Position numbers and translations under genes: made by a program
In this document: in pieces, positions 28,465-37,030 of the stretch
Numbering within the stretch: position 1 is the stretch's first letter
Layout: each line of letters starts with the position of its first letter
Notes under the pieces: generated by a model
What the model was told of the DNA's origin: nothing
What the model saw: only the letters and a program-made list of their open reading frames with translations
Database searches by the model: none
DNA from: Candidatus Multivorans sp.
GTDB taxonomy: Bacteria > Acidobacteriota > Thermoanaerobaculia > Multivoradales > Multivoraceae
NCBI GenBank assembly: GCA_965224025.1
Contig: OZ245033.1
Coordinates: forward strand, 1,312,001-1,376,000
Direction: 5' to 3'
Length of the DNA: 64,000 nt

Positions 28465-29082
28465 ATGGCGACCGAGCGCGAAACCGACCGCGAGCCGCCG
28501 GCGGCGCCGTCCCTTCGGGCCGGCCTGAATCTGCCGAACGCGCTGACTCTCAGCCGCATCCTGATCGTCCCGCTCTTGGTCGTGGTTCTGCTGACCAAGA
28601 CAAGCGGCTGGCAGTTCATCGGCCTCGGTCTGTTCCTGGTGGCGTCCCTGACCGACTTCCTCGACGGCTTCCTAGCCCGCCGCCGGAAGCAGGTGACCGC
28701 GCTCGGCAAGCTGCTCGACCCGGCGGCGGACAAGATCCTGACCTCGGCGGCGTTCATCTCCCTCGTCGGCCTGGGACTGGCGCCGGCCTGGATGGTGGTC
28801 GTCGTGGTGGCCCGGGAGTTCGCGGTCTCGTCGCTGCGCTCGCTTGCCGCGGCCCAGGACGTGGTCCTGGCCGCGAGCTTTGCCGGCAAGGTCAAGACGA
28901 CGACCCAGATCGTCGCCATCTCGCTGCTGATCATCTCGGACCAGTTGGGCGCCCTGAACCTGCTGGCGCCGGTCGCGCTGTGGGTGGCGCTTGCCGCGAC
29001 GCTCTACTCCGGCGTCGAGTACTTCGTGCGCAACGGTCGCACCGTGCTGATGGCGTTCGGCGGAGCGCCGCGCGGACGATGA
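28465..29082 (+). CDS. pgsA: CDP-diacylglycerol--glycerol-3-phosphate 3-phosphatidyltransferase
   Basis: NLPNALT, TDFLDGFLARR...LGKLLDPAADK, GKVKT. Confidence 0.93.
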   Translation: MATERETDREPPAAPSLRAGLNLPNALTLSRILIVPLLVVVLLTKTSGWQFIGLGLFLVASLTDFLDGFLARRRKQVTALGKLLDPAADKILTSAAFISLVGLGLAPAWMVVVVVAREFAVSSLRSLAAAQDVVLAASFAGKVKTTTQIVAISLLIISDQLGALNLLAPVALWVALAATLYSGVEYFVRNGRTVLMAFGGAPRGR

Positions 29083-29149
29083 GCGCGAACTCGCCGGCCC
29101 GGCCGCCATCCCTGGCGCGGCGCCGCCCGGCGGTCGCTGACCTCTCCGG

Positions 29150-31909
29150 TTGCGGCGGGCTTCGATCGTGATCGAGCGCGCCCTGGCCTGGTCGGCGGCC
29201 TTCGCCCGGCGCCGGCATCGGGGCGTGTTCGTGGTCGCGGCGGTGCTGGCGGTGCTCTGCGTGTTGTCGGCGACCACGCTCCGCTTCGATACGGAGATCC
29301 TGAACCTGCTGCCGGAGGACGATCCGGTGGTCACGACCTTCCGGTCGACGATCGAGGACTTCGGCAGTCTGGACTACCTGCTGGTGCTGGTGCGCCTGCC
29401 GGAGGATCAGCCGCTCGACCCGTACCTGTCCTTCGTCGACGAGCTTGGATCGTCGATGGAAGAACTCGCCGAGATCGACTACGTCGAGTACGACGTCGGC
29501 GAGGTGCTGGAGTTGATCGAGTTCTTCTCCGCGAACCTCTTCGTCTACCTCGACGAGCAGGGTCGGGAGGAGGTGGCGCGCCGGTTGACCGACGACGGCC
29601 TCAAGCTCCAGGTCGCCGAGCTGCGTCGGGGCTTGAGTTCCCCTCAGGCGCTCGTGTTGCGCGACCTGACGCTGCTGGACCCGTTGGACATCCACGAGGT
29701 CTTCCTGGAGCAGATCGAACTCACTCGCGGCCTCGAGGTCGACACCGGCACGGGTTACCTTCTTTCCGGGGACCGCTCGCGGGCGCTGATGATCGCGCGC
29801 CCCGCGCAGCCGGCTCAGGAGATCGAGTTCGGCCGCCGGCTGCTTGCGGCCATCGACGAGTTGACGGCGGATCTGCTGGCTCGCTGGCCGGAGATCTCCG
29901 GCGAGGAGGCGGACGGCGAGCCGTTGCCGGCGCCGGAGGTGGCTCTCGGCGGCACGTACGTGACGGCCGTCTCGGACGCGGGCACGATCGTCAGCGGACT
30001 GGTCGCGAACCTGGCGACGTCGCTGGTTGGCGTGCTGCTTCTGTTCGCCCTGGCGTTCCGCCGCGTCGGCCTGATCGTCTATGCCTTCGTACCGCTCGCC
30101 TTCGGGCTGGTGCTGGCCTTCGGTTTCGCCGGCACCGTGCTCGGTGAGTTGAACGCGTTGACCAGCGGTTTCGCGGCCCTGCTGGTCGGCCTGGGGATCG
30201 ACTTCGTGATCGTGTCCTACGGGCGCTACGTGGAGGAACGGCGCCGCGGGGCGGACCTGGAAGCGGCTCTGGTGGCGATGAGCGGTTCCTCGGGCCGCGC
30301 GGTCTGGACCGGCGCCATTACCACCGCGGCGACGTTCTACGCGTTCATGGTGACCGACTTCGTGGGGCTGCGGCAGATGGGGCTCCTGACCGGCACCGGC
30401 ATCCTCTTCTGCATGGTCTCGGTGCTCGTGCTGCTGCCGGCGATGCTGGCCTGGCGGGAGGATCGCCGCCGGACCGGGGGACGGATGCCGAGACTCGTCC
30501 TGCACGGCCTCGGCGCCCGCCGGCTGGTGCGCTGGAGCTTCAAGCGGCCGGTGCTGGTGATCTGCGCCTGCGCGGCGGTTACCGCGGCCACCGGCGCCCT
30601 TGCCCCTCGCCTGGAGTTCGAGGACGCGATCAGGGAGCTGCGACCGCAGGGGAATCCGGGCGTCGAGGTCCAGAATGAGGTCGCCGAGTATTTCGGATCG
30701 GGCTTGAACTACACGATGATCGTCCTGTCGGGCGCTACGGAGGAGGAAGTTCTGGAGCTCTCCATCCGGGCCGAGGAGGGCGCCCAGGAGCTGGTGGACA
30801 GCGGGATCCTCGCCGGGATGCGCGGGATCGGCAGTCTGATTCCTTCGCCGGCCAGCCAGGCCGCGGGACACGACTGGCTCGATCGTCACCGGGAGTTGCT
30901 GGCGGGGGAGCGCCTGAACGAGTTGTTCGACCGCTATGCCACGGAGGAGGGTCTGCGCGCGGAACCCTTCCGCCGGGGTATCGATCTGCTTGCCGACGCC
31001 GGGGCCAATCGCGAGCCGGTGACGGCGGCAACGTTGCGCGAATCGCCTCAGATCGAACGGATGCTGGAACGCTACATGGGCCGGAACGAGGACGAGACGA
31101 AGTTGGTCGTCTACCTGTATCCGCCGCCAGGCATGTGGCGCCGGGGTGCGCCGCCGGGGGCGCTTGAGCTCGCGGAGCGGCTGGGCCCGCAGGCCGAGGT
31201 CACCGGCGTGAACGTGGTCGGCGAGCGGCTGCGGAACGGCATTCGCGTCGATGCGGTGACGGCTTCCATCATCGGCTTCGTTCTGGTTGCCCTGCTCCTG
31301 TTCCTGGACTACCGCTGGCTGCTCAGCACCCTCCTGTCCCTGCTGCCCCTGTGCATCGGTGTGGTCTGGATGCTCGGGATCATGGTGCTGATCGGGCTCG
31401 ACATGAACTTCTTCAACGTGTTCGTCGTCACGATGATCATCGGCATCGGCGTCGACTACGGGGTGCACATGGTCCATCGCTGGCGCGAGATCGGCTTCGG
31501 CCCCGAGGCGCTTCAGGGCGAGCGTCTGGGCGCGGCCCTGGGCGAGACCGGCAAGGCGATCGTGCTCGCCGCCGTCTCGACCAGCGTCGGTTTCGGATCG
31601 CTCGCCCTGTCGCACTACCCGGGCCTGCGCTCGATGGGCATCGTCGCCATTCTCGGCGCCGTGGCCACCGCCCTGGTCTCGATCACGCTGTTGCCGGCCC
31701 TGGTCGCGCTCGGCCGGCGGCGCGCGGCGAGAGAAGGCGCTCCTGGGAACGCGGGCACCCTGCCCGCATCCGGTGACGCCCTTGGGAACGCGGGCATCCT
31801 GCCCGCATCCGGCGCGAAGCGCCGGTCCGGCGACGGGGCTGGGAACGCGGGCATCCTGCCCGCATCCGGCGCGAAGCGCCGGTCCGGCGACGGGGCTGGC
31901 CTCGCCTGA
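29150..31909 (+). CDS. MMPL/RND-family transporter
   Basis: Two TM clusters with GLGIDF and GIGVDYGVH motifs separated by large soluble loops. Confidence 0.88.
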   Translation: MRRASIVIERALAWSAAFARRRHRGVFVVAAVLAVLCVLSATTLRFDTEILNLLPEDDPVVTTFRSTIEDFGSLDYLLVLVRLPEDQPLDPYLSFVDELGSSMEELAEIDYVEYDVGEVLELIEFFSANLFVYLDEQGREEVARRLTDDGLKLQVAELRRGLSSPQALVLRDLTLLDPLDIHEVFLEQIELTRGLEVDTGTGYLLSGDRSRALMIARPAQPAQEIEFGRRLLAAIDELTADLLARWPEISGEEADGEPLPAPEVALGGTYVTAVSDAGTIVSGLVANLATSLVGVLLLFALAFRRVGLIVYAFVPLAFGLVLAFGFAGTVLGELNALTSGFAALLVGLGIDFVIVSYGRYVEERRRGADLEAALVAMSGSSGRAVWTGAITTAATFYAFMVTDFVGLRQMGLLTGTGILFCMVSVLVLLPAMLAWREDRRRTGGRMPRLVLHGLGARRLVRWSFKRPVLVICACAAVTAATGALAPRLEFEDAIRELRPQGNPGVEVQNEVAEYFGSGLNYTMIVLSGATEEEVLELSIRAEEGAQELVDSGILAGMRGIGSLIPSPASQAAGHDWLDRHRELLAGERLNELFDRYATEEGLRAEPFRRGIDLLADAGANREPVTAATLRESPQIERMLERYMGRNEDETKLVVYLYPPPGMWRRGAPPGALELAERLGPQAEVTGVNVVGERLRNGIRVDAVTASIIGFVLVALLLFLDYRWLLSTLLSLLPLCIGVVWMLGIMVLIGLDMNFFNVFVVTMIIGIGVDYGVHMVHRWREIGFGPEALQGERLGAALGETGKAIVLAAVSTSVGFGSLALSHYPGLRSMGIVAILGAVATALVSITLLPALVALGRRRAAREGAPGNAGTLPASGDALGNAGILPASGAKRRSGDGAGNAGILPASGAKRRSGDGAGLA
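31744..31899 (+). repeat. cluster of REP-like palindromes inside the MMPL 3' end
   Basis: TGGGAACGCGGGCA(C/T)CCTGCCCGCATCCGG at 31744, 31783 and 31840. The last two copies form an exact 57-bp tandem repeat. Confidence 0.85.
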
Positions 31910-33222
31910 TGTTCGAGGGTCTTCAGGACAAGCTCCAGGGAGTCTTCCGCTCCCTGCGCTCGGAGGGCCGCATCTCGCGGGACGACGTGCGGCGGGCGGT
32001 GCGCCAGATCCGTCTGGCCCTGCTCGAGGCCGATGTCCACGTTCGGGTCGTGCGCTCCTTCGTCGGGCGCGTGCAGAAGCAGTCGCTGGGCGATGAGGTG
32101 CTGAGAAGTCTGACCCCCGATCAGCACCTGGTCCGTATCGTGCGCGACGAGCTGGTCGCCGTGCTCGGGGCGCCGGGGCGTGAACTCGAACTCGAGGGCC
32201 GCCCGGCGGTGGTCGTGCTCTGCGGCCTTCAGGGCTCGGGCAAGACGACCACCGCGGGCAAGCTGGCGCTGCGGCTGCGCGGCCAGGGCCGCAGACCCGT
32301 GCTGGCGGCCGGTGACCTCAGGCGGGCGGCGGCGGTGGAGCAGCTCAGGCAGGTCGGCGCCGCGGCGGACACGGCGGTGCTGGCGCCGCAGGCAGGCGAG
32401 GCGTTGGATGCGTTCGCCAGCCGGGCGCTTGGCGCGGCACGGGAGGGAGGCTTCGACACGCTGATCTTCGACACGGCGGGCAGGCTCCACGTCGACGCCG
32501 AGTCCATGGCGGAACTCCGGAAGCTGGTGGACCGGGTCGACCCGTGCGAGACGCTGTTCGTCTGCGACGCGATGACCGGCCAGGACGCGGTCAGGAGCGC
32601 CTCCGCCTTCGCCGAAGGAGCGTCGCTCACCGGCGCGGCGATGACAAAACTCGACGGCGACGCTCGCGGCGGCGCCGCGCTGTCCCTGCGGGGAGTCACC
32701 GAGGTCCCGCTTCGCTTCGTCGGCGTGGGCGAGAAGCTCGAGGACCTCGAGCTCTTCGCGCCGGATCGGATCGCGTCCCGCATCCTCGGCATGGGCGACG
32801 TGCTGTCCCTGATCGAGAAGGCCGAGCGCGTTGTCGACCGCGAGGAGACCGAGCGCCTGGCGGAGCGCATCGCCCGCCAGGAGTTCACGCTCGAGGACCT
32901 GCGCGACCAGTTGCGGCAGTTGCGCCGCATGGGACCACTGACTCAACTGCTCGAACTGCTTCCGGGGCAGTTCCGCGGCGCGAAAATGGCCGACGCCGCC
33001 TCTGAGAGCCGGCTGGTGGGGGTCGCCGCCCTGATCGACTCGATGACGCCGCGCGAACGGCGGAACCCGGCGATTCTCAACGCCAGCCGGCGCCGCCGCA
33101 TCGCCCGCGGCGCCGGCCGCACCGTCCAGGAGCTGAACCAGTTGATCAAGCAGTACCGCCAGATGCGCAAGCTGATGAAGCGCACCCGGGGCAAGTGGAT
33201 GAAGGGCATCCGGGGGGTGTGA
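31909..33222 (+). CDS. ffh: signal recognition particle protein
   Basis: GLQGSGKTTT, DTAGR, TKLDGDARGGAALS, RILGMGD, SRRRRIARG. Confidence 0.96.
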   Translation: MFEGLQDKLQGVFRSLRSEGRISRDDVRRAVRQIRLALLEADVHVRVVRSFVGRVQKQSLGDEVLRSLTPDQHLVRIVRDELVAVLGAPGRELELEGRPAVVVLCGLQGSGKTTTAGKLALRLRGQGRRPVLAAGDLRRAAAVEQLRQVGAAADTAVLAPQAGEALDAFASRALGAAREGGFDTLIFDTAGRLHVDAESMAELRKLVDRVDPCETLFVCDAMTGQDAVRSASAFAEGASLTGAAMTKLDGDARGGAALSLRGVTEVPLRFVGVGEKLEDLELFAPDRIASRILGMGDVLSLIEKAERVVDREETERLAERIARQEFTLEDLRDQLRQLRRMGPLTQLLELLPGQFRGAKMADAASESRLVGVAALIDSMTPRERRNPAILNASRRRRIARGAGRTVQELNQLIKQYRQMRKLMKRTRGKWMKGIRGV

Positions 33223-33250
33223 GCAGTGTCGACCGGCTCGCGAGGTTCCC

Positions 33251-33289
33251 TTGGCGGCGAGGCACCGCAGTGCTATTCTGCACCAATAG
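33251..33289 (+). promoter_or_regulatory. sigma70-like promoter and candidate operator of the parDE pair
   Basis: TTGGCG(33251-6)-17 bp-TATTCT(33274-9) with TG extension. Inverted repeat CTATT-N7-AATAG (33273-33289) overlaps the -10. Confidence 0.55.
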
Positions 33290-33317
33290 TGTGACCGAGG
33301 GCGTTTCTGGAGACAGC

Positions 33318-33575
33318 ATGGCCACTATCCGAAAGACGATCACCCTGACGGACCTGCAGGATCGATGGATCAAGGCGCGAATCGCCGCGGGCCACTTCAC
33401 CAATGACAGCGAGTACATCCGCGATCTGATTCGACGCGACCGGGAACGGCGGGTCGACTTCGAGTCGCTTCAGGCAGCCGTGCAGGAAGGCATCGACAGC
33501 GGTCCAAGCGAGAAGACGGTGCCTTCCATCATGGAAGAAGTCGAAGCGCGGCTTCGAAGCGATGGGCGTCTATAG
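33318..33575 (+). CDS. parD: type II antitoxin, ParD family (ribbon-helix-helix)
   Basis: RKTITLT...WIKARIAAG.F.NDSEYIRDLIRRD...VQEGIDSG. Confidence 0.88.
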   Translation: MATIRKTITLTDLQDRWIKARIAAGHFTNDSEYIRDLIRRDRERRVDFESLQAAVQEGIDSGPSEKTVPSIMEEVEARLRSDGRL

Positions 33576-34164
33576 GCTCTCGCGAAAGGCAGCCTCCGAC
33601 ATCGAGGACATATACACCTACACGATCGAGCAGCACGGGCTTGTCTCAGCGAGGAAGTATTTCAACGGCCTGCATTCCTGCTTCGAGCTTCTCGCGGAGT
33701 ACCCGATGCTCGGCCGTCGTGCCGACCGGATCGCGCCGGGGGTGAGACGTCATGAGTTCCGGGCTCACGTCGTCTTCTACGTACCCCACGAAGCGAGCAT
33801 CCGCATCGCTCGCGTTCTGCACGCTCGAATGGACGTGCCTCGCCGCTACCGCGGGCTCACGTACCGTAAGACCGCTCTCAATCGGGGCGGCCTGAGCTTT
33901 CCGGTGTCGTGGGCCCGATTTAGCCCTGAGGACATATTGGCGCACCGCTTGAGGTTTCCGAGACAGCTCCTCGAAGTAGTGCGCGTAGCGCACCAGGCGC
34001 TGTCCCGGCCGCACAAGGTCGCAGCGGTACCCCTCTCTGCCAACGTACGTGACACAGCGGGCATCCCGTTGAATAGTGGAGGGCACGCGTTGGCAAGGAG
34101 GATCAATGTCAAGACGAAAGCAGAGGTTTGGCGGCGGCTCGGAGCTCCCGGCCGCGGGGGTTGA
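33562..34164 (+). CDS. parE: type II toxin, ParE/RelE family, with read-through C-terminal extension
   Basis: YRLSRKAASDIEDI..YT...G...A..Y, LAEYPMLGR, HVVFY, IARVLHARMD. About 96 aa of ParE, then unrelated IS-derived sequence. Confidence 0.8.
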   Translation: MGVYRLSRKAASDIEDIYTYTIEQHGLVSARKYFNGLHSCFELLAEYPMLGRRADRIAPGVRRHEFRAHVVFYVPHEASIRIARVLHARMDVPRRYRGLTYRKTALNRGGLSFPVSWARFSPEDILAHRLRFPRQLLEVVRVAHQALSRPHKVAAVPLSANVRDTAGIPLNSGGHALARRINVKTKAEVWRRLGAPGRGG

Positions 34165-34591
34165 GGAGCGTAGCGACGAGGCCCCCGCGGCCGGCGCGGC
34201 GCCCGCCGGGGCGGTTCCCGACCCGGAAGTGCTGGCGAGACCGACCAGGCGGCAGTTCACGGCGGAGTACCGGCTGCGGATTCTGGAGGAAGCGGACCGA
34301 TGCACCCACCGCGGCGAGGTGGGTCGGCTGCTGCGGCGAGAGGGTCTGTACAGCTCCCATCTGGCCAACTGGCGCAAGGCGCGGCGAGAGGGCGCGCTTT
34401 CCGGTCTGAGGCCGACGAAGCGGGGCCGCAAGCCTGTCGAGGCCAACCCTCTGACGCCGAAGGTGAAGCGGCTGGAAGCGAAGGTCAAGCGGCTCGAGAG
34501 GGAAGTCGCCGCCGCGCACACGATCCTGGACGTCCAGGGAAAAGTTGCAGGGCTGCTGGGATTCAGCCTCGAAGACGGGAAGGACTGCTGA
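34106..34591 (+). CDS. IS3-family transposase OrfA
   Basis: RRQFTAEYRLRILEEAD, LLRREGLYSSHL..WR, leucine zipper; AAGGAGG SD. Confidence 0.85.
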   Translation: MSRRKQRFGGGSELPAAGVEERSDEAPAAGAAPAGAVPDPEVLARPTRRQFTAEYRLRILEEADRCTHRGEVGRLLRREGLYSSHLANWRKARREGALSGLRPTKRGRKPVEANPLTPKVKRLEAKVKRLEREVAAAHTILDVQGKVAGLLGFSLEDGKDC

Positions 34592-35589
34592 TGGCGGCAA
34601 GGTCCCTGGCCCGGCAGGTCGGCATCGCGCCGGCGTGCCGGGCGCTGGGCGTGTCGCGATCGACCTTCTATCGTCGTGCGAGGCCCGCTCCCGGGCGACG
34701 GCAGCCCCGCCCCACGCCTGCCCGGGCACTGAGCCAGATCGAGCGGAAACGGGTCGAGGCCACGCTTGCGTCGCCGCGTTTCGTCGATCGTTCGCCGGGA
34801 GAAGTGGTGGCCACCCTGCTCGACGAGGGCCGCTACCTGTGCTCGGAGCGCACGATGTACCGCATCCTCGAAGCGAACCACCCCGTGAGGGACCGCCGCA
34901 ATCAGCGCGTCCATCCGTCGTACGCCAAGCCGGAGTTGGTCGCTGTCGCGCCCAACCAGGTCTGGTCGTGGGACATCACCAGGCTGCTCGGACCGCAGAC
35001 CTGGACCTACTACTACCTCTACGTCCTGCTTGACCTCTTCAGCCGCTACGCGGTCGGCTGGATGGTCGCCGACCGCGAGAACTCCGCGCTCGCCCAGAGA
35101 CTCATCGAGGAAACCCGCCTCAAGCACGGCGTCAAGCCAGACATCCTCACACTGCACTCCGATCGAGGATCGCCCATGACCAGTCAGGGCACCGCCCAAC
35201 TGCTCGCCCGCCTCGGCGTGAACCGCTCCCTGGGCCGACCGCGGGTCAGCGACGACAACCCCTACTCCGAAGCACAGTTCAAGACCCTCAAGTACCACCC
35301 CGACTTCCCCAGCCGCTTCAACTGCCAGGACGCCGCGACCGACTACTGCAGGTCCTTCTTCCCCTGGTACAACACCGAACACCGCCATGCCGGCATCGCC
35401 ATGCTGACTCCCCAGACCGTCCACTACGGCCGGGCGCAAGCCGTCATCGAGCAGCGCCAACGCACGCTGAGCGCCGCCTGGGAGAGCTCACCCGAACGAT
35501 TCGTCGGCGGCCAACCGATGCACACGCCACTGCCCCGGGCCGTCTGGATCAACAAGCCCGACAACGAGACTGCAGAGACCACTCAGTAA
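34591..35589 (+). CDS. IS3-family transposase OrfB (rve integrase core)
   Basis: PNQVWSWDIT, LDLFSR, LHSDRGS, DNPYSEAQFKTLK, YNTEHRH; TGATG coupling to OrfA. Confidence 0.9.
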   Translation: MAARSLARQVGIAPACRALGVSRSTFYRRARPAPGRRQPRPTPARALSQIERKRVEATLASPRFVDRSPGEVVATLLDEGRYLCSERTMYRILEANHPVRDRRNQRVHPSYAKPELVAVAPNQVWSWDITRLLGPQTWTYYYLYVLLDLFSRYAVGWMVADRENSALAQRLIEETRLKHGVKPDILTLHSDRGSPMTSQGTAQLLARLGVNRSLGRPRVSDDNPYSEAQFKTLKYHPDFPSRFNCQDAATDYCRSFFPWYNTEHRHAGIAMLTPQTVHYGRAQAVIEQRQRTLSAAWESSPERFVGGQPMHTPLPRAVWINKPDNETAETTQ

Positions 35590-35928
35590 ATCCTGAACCC
35601 CGCTGTGTCAATGTCGTTGACAGGTTCCGTACTCCTCACTGCGGCAGGTGAAGGTGATCTCCTTGGCGCCGACGATCCATCCTCAGTAAATCCTTCCTCC
35701 GATCGCGTTGGTCTCATGTACAAGACCAAGCTACCGGCAAAGGGCCGAGTGTGGATCACTTTCGGAGCGATGAATGGCTCAGTTTCCGAGCGATGCCTCC
35801 AAATGGCAGGCAAACCGCCTTGCGATCCCGGCCCGACTTCGGATTTCGCGCTTCGCAGCCCGCTCGAGCCTCAACTTGATTCAACCGCATCGTCCGAGCT
35901 GCACAACCACTTCCGCCACGGGCTGCTA

Positions 35929-36031
35929 ACGGACTATCGCACCCTTCTTGCGCCTCGGCAGCAGGTACAGCAAAGCTCAAGGTAACGATAGCCGAGACGA
36001 TCACGCCTGCAAGGCTACCCTCATGTCTCAT
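35929..36031 (-). pseudogene. N-terminal remnant of a secreted protein (signal peptide) cut by an IS/MITE end
   Basis: MRHEGSLAGVIVSAIVTLSFAVPAAEA-QEGCDSP with a GGGGA SD; abuts TAGCAGCCCGTGGCGGAAGT end (35909-35928). Confidence 0.45.
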
Positions 36032-36041
36032 CAAGAGTCCC

Positions 36042-37003
36042 CCTGGTCCAAGTGGCCGGACCATCTCGTCGAAGGACTCAGAACACTGCTCAAGGGAGGC
36101 GTCGCGCTGCCCTCGCTCGAAGCCGCCTTCGAAATCGTCCGAGCCAAACCGCATGGACACGTCGCCGCCGTGCTCGGAACCCTGAAACGACTCGGCCTTG
36201 AAAGGCTGTTCGACCGCACCCCCTCGCCACAACGAGCCCTCGCCGTCGCCATGATCGCGGCGCGCATCCTCCAACCGCGGTCCAAACTCGCCACCGCCCG
36301 AGGACTCACCACCGAGACCGCCAACCACACCTTCGCCGAGGAACTCGGCGCCGAAGACGCCTCGGCCGACAATCTCCACGACGCCATGGACTGGCTGCTC
36401 CAACGCCAGCGGAAGATCGAGCGCGGACTCGCCAAACGGCATCTCGAAGAAGGCTCGCTCGTCCTCTGCGACCTGACCTCGGTCTACCTCGAAGGCGGCA
36501 AGTGCACGCTGGCCAGACACGGCTACTCCAGGGACAAGAAGAGGGGAAAGCTACAGATCGTCTTCGCCTTGTTCTGCAACCGGGACGGATGTCCGGTGGC
36601 CGTCGAGGTCTTTGAGGGCAACACAGGCGCCTCGCTCCCATCCTCTTCGACGACCAACGCAAGACCGACGACGGCGCGTCCCCCGTCCTACCCGCACGGA
36701 AATCGAACGCCGCGAAGCTCAAGGCCAACTCCGGCCGCACCGACGACGGACTCCCCGTGCACAGCTTCCAGACACTCCTCGAAGACCTCGCCACGCTGAC
36801 CAGAAACCGCGTCAGAATGCCCGGCAGCAACGCTGCGACCGCCAACGTCCTCCCACGACCCACGCCGCCACAGGAAAGGGCTTTCAGCCTCCTCGACGTA
36901 CGGCCCTGAAAGGCCGGTACCCAGTACCGTACACACCGAATCCACGCCAAGCTCCCTATCTGTAAAGGGGTTTACCGACTAGGCGCTCAGAACTTCGGGC
37001 TAG
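36042..37003 (+). mobile_element. third IS1634-family remnant (5'-truncated, internally deleted)
   Basis: SKWPDHLVEGLRTLL...GYSRDKK...EGNT, then SFQTLLEDLATLTRN in another frame. Ends with CTCAGAACTTCGGGCTAG (36986-37003), identical to the 17463-17480 end. Confidence 0.85.
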
Positions 37004-37030
37004 GGCGTGGTTGCAGGATTGTCAACCCGT

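Larger units (their letters stand above)
34031..35628 (+). mobile_element. IS3-family insertion sequence
   Basis: Imperfect IRs TGCCAACGTACGTGACACAGCGGG (34038) and reverse complement TGTCAACGACATTGACACAGCGGG (ending 35622). GTAC flanks at 34027-30 and 35629-32. Confidence 0.85.
33937..35682 (-). pseudogene. short IS21-like (IstA C-terminal) fragment split by IS3 insertion
   Basis: Joining across the IS3 gives GWIVGAKEITFTCRSEEY|RCDLVRPGQRLVRYAHYFEELSRKPQAVRQ, resembling the IstA Y.HY..EL.RKPQAVRQ region. Confidence 0.55.

Noticed and set aside
33850-33936. Additional IS terminus after parE
   Set aside because: It looks foreign, but no partner inverted repeat was found in the window.
35582-35694. 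13-bp direct repeat CTCAGTAAATCCT at 35582 and 35682
   Set aside because: One copy is inside the IS3 and one outside; it does not bracket any coherent element and may be chance.
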